In this document: positions 22,301 to 32,200 of the stretch, piece after piece | Position numbering within the stretch: position 1 is the stretch's first letter | How the letters are laid out: every line of letters begins with the position of its first letter | Assembly (NCBI GenBank): GCA_001724265.1 | Contig: MEDY01000014.1 | Location: 1-64,000 of the forward strand | Length of the DNA stretch: 64,000 bases | Source: Rhizaria sp. SCN 62-66 | Lineage: Eukaryota | Direction: 5' to 3' | The notes under the pieces: model-generated | Seen by the model: the letters and a program-made list of their open reading frames with translations, nothing else | The model's database searches: none | Told to the model about the DNA's origin: nothing | Made by a program: the position numbers and the translations under genes

Positions 22301-24923
22301 ACGTCTCTGCGCAACGCCGCTGCGGCCCGCGTGTGCGCGCAGTTCCAGGCGGACGTGCTACGCGCGGCGTCGCACCCTCTGCCCGCCAACGCCGCCGCGG
22401 TTGTCTGGCGCCGCCTCGATGCAGACTCCGTCTCCGCACCCGCCGACGTCGCCGCGGACGCCGCGCGGTGGAAGCTCGACGAGCGCAACGGGCTCTACTC
22501 ACGTGGCGCTGCGCGGTTGTGCCCCGCCGCTGCCGCTGCGGGTGGCAAGCAGTACACAGTCACCGTGCCCGTGGTTGTGCCCGCGCTCCCTAGCGAGTCG
22601 GGCGACTTTACCACTGCAGTCATGGGCGCTGTGTCGCCCGCACCGTCGTTGCAGCCACCGGCCACTGCCGCGAGCGTGCTGGCCGCTGCGCGCTGCCCCG
22701 GCGCGGTCCCGCTCTCGCAGCTTGGCGCATTCGCGGCGGCGTTCCTCAGTGCAAAGCGCCACGTGGTTTCGGCTGCGGTCGCCCAGGCCTTCGCTGCGCT
22801 GCCGCTCGTCGACGCCAAAGCCGCAACGGCGGCCGCGCACGCCGCCTCCGCCGCCGCCACGCCCGCAGGCGCCCGCGCGCGCAAGTCCCGCAGCAGCGCC
22901 AAGGCCCAAGGCGCCGTGAGTGATGCAGAGGGCGCGTCGCCGGCGCTGTTGGCCGCGATCGTGGCCGAGTTCGCGGTAGGCGAGCTGGACGAGGCGGTCG
23001 AGCTCACTTCCCTCATCGCCGCTGCGCATACGCATGTGAGTTTTGCCACGCCCGCGGAGTGCGCTGCCGCTGCTTCCTCTTCAACAGGCAACGCGGACGA
23101 CGATGATATGGAAAGCGTTGGCGTGTCCGAGACCGCGATCACGGTCGCGTTCGAGCCCGTCACCACTGCGCCCTCCTCTGCCGCCGCTGTGGCCGCCGCG
23201 GCCGCCGCGCTGCTGGCCGCCGAGCCCGCGACCCCGCGCCGCGGCCGCAGCGATAGCGCGCGGCGTGCGCTGTTCGACGACAGCGAGTCCGACGCCGCCG
23301 ATCGCAACTCCAGCGGCGACGCGGCCGGGGACCGCGTGGCCGACGAGGCGGGCGCGCGCCGCGGCGGTGTACGCCGAACAGCTTGCCCTCCGCGCCGGCC
23401 CCGCCGACTACCTCGTGTCCGCCCCTTCCCGCCAGCAGCACGGCGCCGGTGTGGCCGAGGACGAGCGCGAGGTGTTCGTGCCGCAGCCGCGCGACAAGAC
23501 CGCGCTGCGCGGGCGGCTGCACGCGGCCGCGCTCTCGCTCCTCGTGCCCGCTCTCAAGAACCACCCCGCGCTTGCTGCGGTCGAGTCCGGCGGCGGCCCA
23601 GAGCCCAACTCTGAATGCGACGCCGCGCTCGCGTCGCTGCGCATCACGGCGTACGCGCCCGACGTTGTGGCCGGAGCCGCGGCGCTGGACTCGCTGATCG
23701 AGACGTCGCTGCACCACATGGCGATCAAGCCCCGCGACCCGCCGCTGCCGCTCTCATTCGCAGCGGGGCACAACGCCGGCGCCGGGATCTCTGCGCTGCC
23801 CGTCGCAGCGCCAGTGACCAAGGTGATGTTCGGCAGCCCGACGTCAGTTCCCGCGACACCCGTCAAGACGAGCAGAGCGGACGCTGCTGTGACGCCCAGG
23901 GCTGATCCTATGACGCCCAGGGCTGAGTCTGCGGCTCACAAGGAGGAGCCTGTGACGCCCAAGACTGAGACTGGGACGAGGCACAGGCCCACGAGCGCGA
24001 GCGTCAGAGGACGCATGACACCGTCCAGTGCGGCGGTCTCATCCAGAGCCACTGCATCGCCCCGCAAGCCCGTCGACACCGTGCCTGCTTCTGCTCCTGC
24101 TTCTGTTTCTGCTGCAGACGCCGCGCCCCAGTCCGCCCACGCGGAGTCACTTAAGCCCGCTGCCGAGTCACCAAAGCCTACTGCAGCGTCCCCTAAGCCT
24201 GTAGTCGCATCGTCTCAGCCTGATGCGGAGTCACCTAACCCTATTGCAACATCGCCTAAGCCCGCTGTGGCGACCTCACAGAGGGACTCTAAGCCGGACT
24301 CCGCAACGATCCCCATCGCGTCACACAGTGATGCCGTTCCTGTTGCTAACGCTGCTGCTGCTCCAGATGCTCCTCATGCGGATGCTGCTGCTGCTCCTGC
24401 AGAGTCCAAGCCCGAGGCCCATGGCGCTGAGAGCGCTACTGCTCACGTCAAGCCCGAGGCACATGCGCAAACCAACGCTGCTGCTGCTGAAGTCAGGGTT
24501 GAGCCTGTCCAGTTGACTGATGCTGCCACTACCGCTGCTGCTGCCCCTACAGCGGCCGAGTCAACGCCTGTTGCCAGCACCGATGCTGCTGCTCCTATCC
24601 TCGCAAACGCTGGCGCTGGCGCGGACGCTGATGCGGAGATCGAAATCGAGGGTGACGGTGACATTGCTGCTGACCCAGCAAGTGCGAGCGCTGCGAGTGT
24701 GAAGCCGCCGAGTGCTGGTGGTGCTGCGGCGCCGACTAAGCTTGCGACTGAGGCCGAGACCGAGGCCAAGACTGACGCGAGCAAGCCTTCACCTGCTTCT
24801 GTGCTTGCAAGTCCTCCGGCCCCGGCTGCCGCTCCAGTTGCGACAGCTGCGACTGAGGCGAGTCCGGCTAGCCCGCGAGCAGGCAAGGGCACAAGCGCTG
24901 ATTACGATCTCGACTTTGAGTGA
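18629..24923 (+). CDS. Large uncharacterised protein (coiled coils, polyQ, Ser/Pro/Ala low complexity), ~2100 aa, with an apparent 1-nt frameshift at ~23350
   Basis: ORFs 18629..23614 and 23043..24923 overlap; native-looking Ala-rich translation switches frame at GAC GAG GCG G GCG CGC GCC GCG GCG GTG TAC (GGG at 23350-23352); TGA stop followed by AT-rich DNA. Confidence 0.72.
19241..19321 (+). repeat. CAG/CAA microsatellite encoding 27 Gln (20 pure CAG at 19262-19321)
   Basis: Read directly from the sequence. Confidence 0.95.
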
Positions 24924-25679
24924 GCCACACAAGATCTAAAGAGTGGCTATTATGTAATTATATTGTATATTTACACAAAACACACCCCCATTGTTTGTCG
25001 TCTGTATACCACAATTTATTTGATGCTGTCTCAGATGTGCCTAGCACGGTCATCGTTTATCCACATATTATTTTGTTTTTTTACTGTACCCACTGCAACC
25101 GCAGAGATATATCTTCATGCTTTTTATGCCATACACAGTTTCTACCGTTATTTGTCACACTTTTGCATGCAAAATGTTCGACATAAGCAGATGTTGCCGC
25201 TTTTGTTACTCAATATCTCTTCTGATGGTCGTGCGATATACGCCGCTAAACATCAGCTTTGAGTACAAAAACCGCACGGTTGTGAGTAATTCAACACGAA
25301 GCTAAAGCATGTTTTATATATGTTGATATAGATATCAGCCATGCGGAGATATGCAGAGTTTAGCTATCGCATAACCGTTGCTTCACTCGCGTGGCCCCGC
25401 TGGCCAGAGCCTCCGGCGACCGACTGCAGATGGCACCTTCTCGCAGTTTGCGACAGACCAATTCCTAAGGCTCATATACGTTAGTTTAACATTTCGATAC
25501 ATTTAGTCGCATTCAGACGTTTTTATTTATTCTTATGCAATTTGTCATTTTTGTAATTTCTCATTAACCTCTTTTGCTTGCCTGATTGAACTCGTCCTCT
25601 TTCCCACAGTTGACATCACTCGAAGGCCACTGCCCTAACCCTTCACACAGCCCCGCGCACTCCTACAGACACGTCCGCT

Positions 25680-28600
25680 ATGTTCACCCTGCGCCAACGC
25701 GCAGTGCGCGGACTGAGCTCCGCCCTGAGCGCTCCCGCATCACGCCTGCTGTCCGGCGCCGCTCCGCGCAAGCCCGCGGCCGCGGCCGGCAAGAAGGGCA
25801 AGTTCGCCAACTTCGAGGCCGAGTCAGTCACGCCCGCCGTCGCCGCCGCCGCAGTGGCCGCGCCTGCGGCGTCCCCCGCGAAGCCGTCTTTCAACCGCCG
25901 CCGCCTCGATGACGTCATGCCCACCATCGCGCCCCTCGGAGGCTCCGGCGCTGCCGCTGGATCCGCTGCCGCTGCCGGCGCCGGCTCAGTGTCGATTGAA
26001 TCCGCGTTCGAGGAGATCGCGCCAGGCGTGCGCGTGAAGAAGGAGGACATTATCCCCTGGGGCGGCGACGTTGAGGGCAACGCGGACCCCGCCAGCCAGT
26101 ACAAATACCGCTGGATTCAGTCCATCGACCGCTCCGGCCTTATCCCTTCCGCGTCTCTGCCCGACCCGAATGCAGCGCCCGCCAACGCGCTTGCGCACAA
26201 GTCCCCCGCGACGCCGCTTGTGGACGAGCTCAAGGCGCACATTTTATACCGCGGGCCGCTGTCGGTGGCCGAGTACATGCAGTTCTGCCTGGGCCACCCG
26301 CAACACGGCTACTACATGCACCGTGAAGCCATCGGCAAAGGCGCCGATTTCGTCACATCGCCCGAAATCTCCCCCATCTTCGGCGAGCTGCTCGGCGTGT
26401 GGGCCGTCTCCACGTGGATCAAGCTCGGCCGGCCCCCGCGTGTCAACCTCGTCGAGCTGGGTCCCGGCCGCGGCACTCTGATGCGTGACATGCTCTCCGC
26501 GGCGCAGCGGTTTCCCGACTTCCACCGCGCGCTCTCAGTGCATCTGGTCGAGAACTCGTACTCGATGCGCCGCCAGCAGATGCTCACGCTAGGCGTCGAG
26601 CTCGATGCGGCCGTGCTGGACGACGCCGCCGAGCCCTACCGCTCCGCGCTGCCGCTGCGGTCCGTCATGGGCATGCCCTCTGCATTCGAGGACCCCACTG
26701 CGCTGCGCGACGACTTCCTCGCGCGCGCCATGATCGACGTCCAGCGCGCCGTCGAGGAGCGCGTTGAGCGCGAGACCGCCGCGGCCGCCGCCGAGGGCCG
26801 TCCCGTGCCCGATTTCACCACGGCGGAGTTCCGCGCTGAGGTTGACGCCATGCGCGCGGCCGCGGCGCGGGACGCGAAGCGCGCGGCCCGCGTCGAGTAT
26901 GAGGCGCGCGTCAAGGCTATGGACGCCATCCACGGGCCCCTCATGTCCTCGCAGTCTATCACGGGCGCGGGCACTGGCGCTGGCGTCAGCCCCGCGACAG
27001 TCAGTGCGGCAGACGCCAACGGCACCGAGAGCACTGACGCTGTTGCTGCCGTGACCGCGGTTGATACCGAGGGCGACATGCGCGTGGGTGCTCGTTCGCG
27101 CCGCCCGCAGCCCGCGGCGGAGGTTCTGGAGGAGCACCGCGACGTGCTCGACCGCTGGGCCGCCGAGCGCGCGCCGACAGTCGACGACATCCCGGCCGAA
27201 CTGCGCGTGTTCACTAAGTCTCGCGTCTTCGGCACGCGCGCCGCCGCCGACGCCGCGCCCACGGTCACCAAGACGGGGCTCAACGCCAACGCTGCGCCCG
27301 CGGACCTACTGGCGCGCGACCGCGCCGGCGCCGCGACGACGCAGCAGATGGCCGTGCACTGGCACTGGAATGTCGGCACGCTGCCCACAGACGTGCCGAG
27401 CATCTTCTTCGGCCACGAGTTCTTCGATGCGCTGCCCGTGCATCAGTTCCAGTACACTGCACGCGGCTGGCGCGAAGTGCTCGTCGACGTCGACGAGGGC
27501 GCCGGGCCGCACCACTTCAAGTACGTTCTCGCGCCAATGGAGACGCCGGCGTCCAAGACGCTGCTCGCGCCCATCTCCGACCTCGACGAGTCCGCCGCGG
27601 CCGTCCAGGCGCGCGCCGCCGCCGCGGCCGCCGCCGCTGAGGCCGAGCTGGCTGAGCGCGAGGCCGGCATCAGCGCCGACGGGTTCGTTTCCACGCTGCC
27701 CACCGCGCGCCGCTCGGCCGCCGCGGCCGCCGCCACGGCGAAGGCGCGCGCCGCTGCCGACGCCGCGCGGGCCGAGGCCGCCAAGACGCCGCTGCCCGCG
27801 CTGACTGCGGCGGAGGAGGCGCTGCTGATCCGTCCCGCGGCTGACGCTGTGTTCACGCCGGGCGCGTTCAACCCCGCGGAGGCGATCCTGGGCGCGACAC
27901 AGCTGGAGCAGCACGCGCAGTACTGGCAGGCCAAGTCCGCGCAGGCGGGGCGCGGCCGCTCCGCCACGGGCGCCGCTGCCGTGTCGGCGACGGGCGCCAC
28001 GGGCGGCAAGGCTGAGGCGCTGCACCGCGTTGCCGACGTGCGCGACGGCGGCATCGCGCGCGCCGCGGCGGAGCTGCACGGTGACATGGCGGCCGCCGAG
28101 CGCAGCGGCAAGCTCGATCACACCACACCGCTCACCGCGCACGCGGGCAGGGCCGCTGCGGCGACCGCTGCGGCTGCGGCGGCGCGCAGCGGACCGCAGA
28201 TCGGCGACACGTACGAGGTGTCTCCCGTGGCGATGCTGTGGATGGAGCAGATCACACTGCGCCTAATGCGCTCCGGCGGCGCGGGGCTGTTCATCGACTA
28301 CGGCGACAACGAGACCGGGTTCGAGACGGACCAGGCGCGCCGTGCGTGGAGCCCCGCCGCGGAGGACTCGGCCGCGGCCGCCGCGGCGACGGGCAGCGTC
28401 AAGCGCCCGTTTTCGCTGCAGGGCATCAAGGCGCACGCGCACGCTGACGTGCTCAGCGAGCCTGGCCTGGTCGACCTGTCCGCGCACGTGAACTTCGGCG
28501 CGCTGTCCGTGGTGACGCGGCGCGTCGTCAACCAAGTGCGCCACCTGCTGCGCTGCCCGCCCGAGTCGGAGGACTTCAAGCGCGCAGCCTCGATGCTGGG

Positions 28601-28874
28601 GCTCGCGCCCACAGCTGTGACGGCCGACACCACGCTGCGGCGCGTCGACGCCTTCCCGGCTATCACGCAGTCCGCGCTGCTGCAGCAACTGGGCGTGGAA
28701 AAACGCTTCGAAGTGCTCGTTAAGAACTGCGGCTCCGAGGAAGAGGCGGAGGCGCTGTTTCAGTCCGTGAACCGTCTTGTGGACCCCGCACAGATGGGCG
28801 AGCTGTTCAAGTGCATGGCCGTTGGCCAGGCCGGCATGCAGCCCCCCGTCGGCTGGAACAAGGACGAGCAGTGA
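25680..28874 (+). CDS. NDUFAF7: Mitochondrial protein arginine methyltransferase NDUFAF7/MidA (complex I assembly factor) with long Ala-rich inserts, 1064 aa
   Basis: GPLSVAEYM..CL..P..GYY, GADFVTSPEISPIFGELLG.W, VELGPGRGTLM, LVENS, HEFFDALP, IDYG, PGLVDLSAHVNF, RLVDPAQMGELFK; Arg/Ser/Leu-rich, acid-free N-terminus resembling a mitochondrial presequence; TGA stop. Confidence 0.93.
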   Translation: MFTLRQRAVRGLSSALSAPASRLLSGAAPRKPAAAAGKKGKFANFEAESVTPAVAAAAVAAPAASPAKPSFNRRRLDDVMPTIAPLGGSGAAAGSAAAAGAGSVSIESAFEEIAPGVRVKKEDIIPWGGDVEGNADPASQYKYRWIQSIDRSGLIPSASLPDPNAAPANALAHKSPATPLVDELKAHILYRGPLSVAEYMQFCLGHPQHGYYMHREAIGKGADFVTSPEISPIFGELLGVWAVSTWIKLGRPPRVNLVELGPGRGTLMRDMLSAAQRFPDFHRALSVHLVENSYSMRRQQMLTLGVELDAAVLDDAAEPYRSALPLRSVMGMPSAFEDPTALRDDFLARAMIDVQRAVEERVERETAAAAAEGRPVPDFTTAEFRAEVDAMRAAAARDAKRAARVEYEARVKAMDAIHGPLMSSQSITGAGTGAGVSPATVSAADANGTESTDAVAAVTAVDTEGDMRVGARSRRPQPAAEVLEEHRDVLDRWAAERAPTVDDIPAELRVFTKSRVFGTRAAADAAPTVTKTGLNANAAPADLLARDRAGAATTQQMAVHWHWNVGTLPTDVPSIFFGHEFFDALPVHQFQYTARGWREVLVDVDEGAGPHHFKYVLAPMETPASKTLLAPISDLDESAAAVQARAAAAAAAAEAELAEREAGISADGFVSTLPTARRSAAAAAATAKARAAADAARAEAAKTPLPALTAAEEALLIRPAADAVFTPGAFNPAEAILGATQLEQHAQYWQAKSAQAGRGRSATGAAAVSATGATGGKAEALHRVADVRDGGIARAAAELHGDMAAAERSGKLDHTTPLTAHAGRAAAATAAAAAARSGPQIGDTYEVSPVAMLWMEQITLRLMRSGGAGLFIDYGDNETGFETDQARRAWSPAAEDSAAAAAATGSVKRPFSLQGIKAHAHADVLSEPGLVDLSAHVNFGALSVVTRRVVNQVRHLLRCPPESEDFKRAASMLGLAPTAVTADTTLRRVDAFPAITQSALLQQLGVEKRFEVLVKNCGSEEEAEALFQSVNRLVDPAQMGELFKCMAVGQAGMQPPVGWNKDEQ

Positions 28875-29238
28875 GCAGTGAACACGCTGCAACGTAACAC
28901 ACTCGTGTTTGTGAGTGCTCGCAAAGGCTGTGCTAAAGCGGTCAGTGCCACTGTCCGTGCACGGATCAAACGGCAGATGCTAGCAGCGCGGTGTGGGACA
29001 CATATTTAAAACAGTTTTTATTACTTTCAACTATTTTATGCGCTATTATATTTCCTTTGATAGAAATACACACTTCAAAACCGCGTTCTATTACACGTTA
29101 GACTGACAACGATAATAGACTTTGGACAATCCGAAGTCTTTATCACATTGCACATTTCATCAAAAGTACTTTCACTGGGATCATTCAAGGTGTTACTGTT
29201 ATATCTCGCTTTATCGCGAAGTGTTATTGTGAATATTT

Positions 29239-32200
29239 TTAGAGCCCATTGTTGCTGAGGGCTGAAGAGGCCGACCGCACAACGCGCTCATTGAGCCTTT
29301 GCACGCGACGCGCGTTGCCAAAGACAAGCGACTGGAAAAACTTGATGTCCTCCGCACTGGCAGCAATAGGCGACGCGCCCACAAGCCACGACACAGTTTG
29401 GTTGCACGGCCGCGTTGTCAGCGAGCCATCGTACGCAAAGAAGGCCGGAAACGAAGCACCGAATTGCACGCTGTTCAGCGGCGGTGTGAACGGGTGCTTG
29501 TTTGTGTCAGCGCTGCTACTGCTCAGACTAGGGCTATTACTGTTGTCATTGTTGCTGCTGCGGGCTGCGGCCGCGCTGGCCGCTGCTGCCGCGGCGGAAG
29601 ACGCGCGCGTGCTCACGGTTTGCGCTGTGGCAAACCGGCGCGTGTTGCTGCATGAGGCACTTTCATCATCACTGCACACGGCATTGGCGCCGCCGTTGCC
29701 GGTGAGCGTGTCCACAACGCGCGAGGCAACAGAGGCCAGCGCTGAAAACAACCCTGAAGCAGCGCCAACACCGTCCGTTGACAGGGTGCCGCTGCTGCGG
29801 CCGCGAGAGGTGGTGTTCAACGGGCTTCCGTCAGCGTTAACTTCGTTACCGTTGGCGTCCTCGTAGACCCACTCCCAGTCACTGTCATCACCGGTCCACT
29901 CGCCATTTTCATCATGCCAGTCCGCCTCATTCTCTTCCCAGTCCCTGCCCTCGGCTTCCTCGTGCGCGCGGTGGTCGCCGTCCAACGCCTGCAGCCGCGA
30001 GTTGCGCCACGCGCGCGCGTCATCGACGACGACACGGTTGCTGTCCGCCGCGTGCCCAAACACAGGCAGCAAGCAGGTAGACGCGCTATTGCGACCTTCC
30101 TCGCGGTACGGAAACAAAAGCTCCTTGCTCAGATCAACGTCGTCAAGCGTTGTCGTGGCACGGCCCATGACAACGCTCTCACCGCGAGTGAACTGCGCTG
30201 CGAGCACTGATGTCCCGCGCCAGCGCGCAAGTGGGTCAAAGACCGCGGCGCCCGCGCGCTGCCGTGCCTCTGCTGACACGCGGAAAGGTTCATTCACGAC
30301 GGGCAACGCGGGCGCCGAGAAACGCGGACCGAAAAAGCCCGTGTTGCTGCGCGTGGCCTCTAGCTCGCGCTCGCGAGCTGTCCGGTCATTGCGCAAGTCA
30401 TCGAGTGCGCGCCGGTCCATGCGCCGCTGGATCTCGGCAGCGACATCGGCACGGTGACGCACGCTCTCGGCCTCAATCGCGTTGCGCACAGTAGTCAACA
30501 GCGTCGGCGCGCAACCCTCGCGCTGCTGCACTAAGTAGGCAACGACAGCAAGTGACCGCGCGTTTGCGGGTGGCGGTGGCAGCTGCTGCAGTGCAAGCAC
30601 GTCTGTGTCGCGGTCAACTTCACTTGCACCAACAGCGCTCTGAAACAGGCCCGTGTGCGCCTCAAGCATGCTCTCACCCGCGGCGGCAATTGCGGGTGCA
30701 GCGCTAGTTGCCGCCAACGCCAGCTGCAGCGAGATGCGGTACGGATCCAGAGTGTCAAGGTCCGCAACTGCTTCAGGCTCTACGGCGCGGTTTGCAACGG
30801 GAGCCGCTGGAGTGGGCTGGGGTGTAGTCGTTGCACGCGGTGCGGCGGGAGGCGATGTCTGCGGTAACGCAATCGTAGTTGCAGTGTTAGAAGCTGGTGC
30901 CTCGGGCTGTGTGCTGCGTGGAGGCGTTGACGACGCAGCCGTTGGTTGTGCGGGAGCGGGCACGTTAATAAGCCCACCGCGCGCGATAGGCGTTGCCGTG
31001 GTGGGCTGCGACGCTGTTGCAACCGGCGGCTGCGTTGTAAACGGCTGAGGCGGAGTTAGCGGCGGTTGCGGGCTGAATGTGGGCGGGAGGAACGTTGGCG
31101 TTGGAATTGTTTGCATTGTTTGCTGAACACGCTGCGCATTACCAAGTCGACTGCCGCTGTCTACAGCGTCAGTTGCCACAGCATCTGAGTGCTCAAAGAT
31201 GCCTGAGCGACGCGCAGGAATTAGCGCGTTAGCTCTTGCGATTTCTGATGGAGTCAGCCCACGTGCCTGGCGCTTGAGCGCAGCGTATGCGGGATTGACG
31301 AGGCCGTAGACTGCGTGAATCTCAATCGGGCCGAGCATAAAATCGACTGAGTGTTCGGCGGGCGCGTGGATGTGCACCGACATTAGCTTATACAGTGCGC
31401 CATGCGGCAACGGAGCACCCGAGAGCAGGTTCTGCAGCGGGCGGTCAGGATCTTCAACGGGCGTCAAGGTCACGGTCGTGCTATCGCTGCTAATGGTGAC
31501 CGTCGAGAATGTTCCAAGCTGCTGCGTAAGCGGGTGTGATGTGTTGGCCAACAACAAGTCCACCAGACCTAGTGCTCCCCGGCTACCTGCAAATGGCGGC
31601 GGTGTAGTTTCGGGCTCAGTTGCACGCGTGCTGTTGTTTTCGCTGCCAGTGTTCTCGCGAGTGGTAGGGGCTGCACTTACGCTTGTGCTGCCGCTGGCCG
31701 TGGCGCCCGTGCTTGTGCCGGTGGTGGTGCTCGGGGCGGGTGTTGCTGGACGCACCGCCGCTGTCGGCTGCGCAGCTGACGGCGGCGCTGTTGGACCCGG
31801 CAGTGGCACTGGCGGTGGAATATCAATGATATCTGTTGCGACACGCGTGTTGGCGCCAGTTCGGCTATCACGCGTGGTAACTAGTGCGCGCCGCACCGTA
31901 ACTTCCTCTTCAGCCGCCGCTGCCGCATTCTGTGCTGCTGCTGCTTGCGGCTGCGGGATTGCTGCAGGTGCACTAATTGCTGTTGTACCGCTGGCTGTAG
32001 CGCCGCTCGCCGTAGTGCCGCTTGTTGCAGTGCCGCTGGCTGTTGTACCACCTGCTGTAGTGCCACTTGCTCTAGTGCCGCTGGCTGCAGTGCCGCTGGC
32101 TGAAGTGCCGTTGCTTGTTCCGCTGCGTGCGGGTGCGGCAGCAGGATTGCGGCCTATCACGAGCGCAGTGCCACCAACAGCTGTCGCAGTGCCAGGCGCC

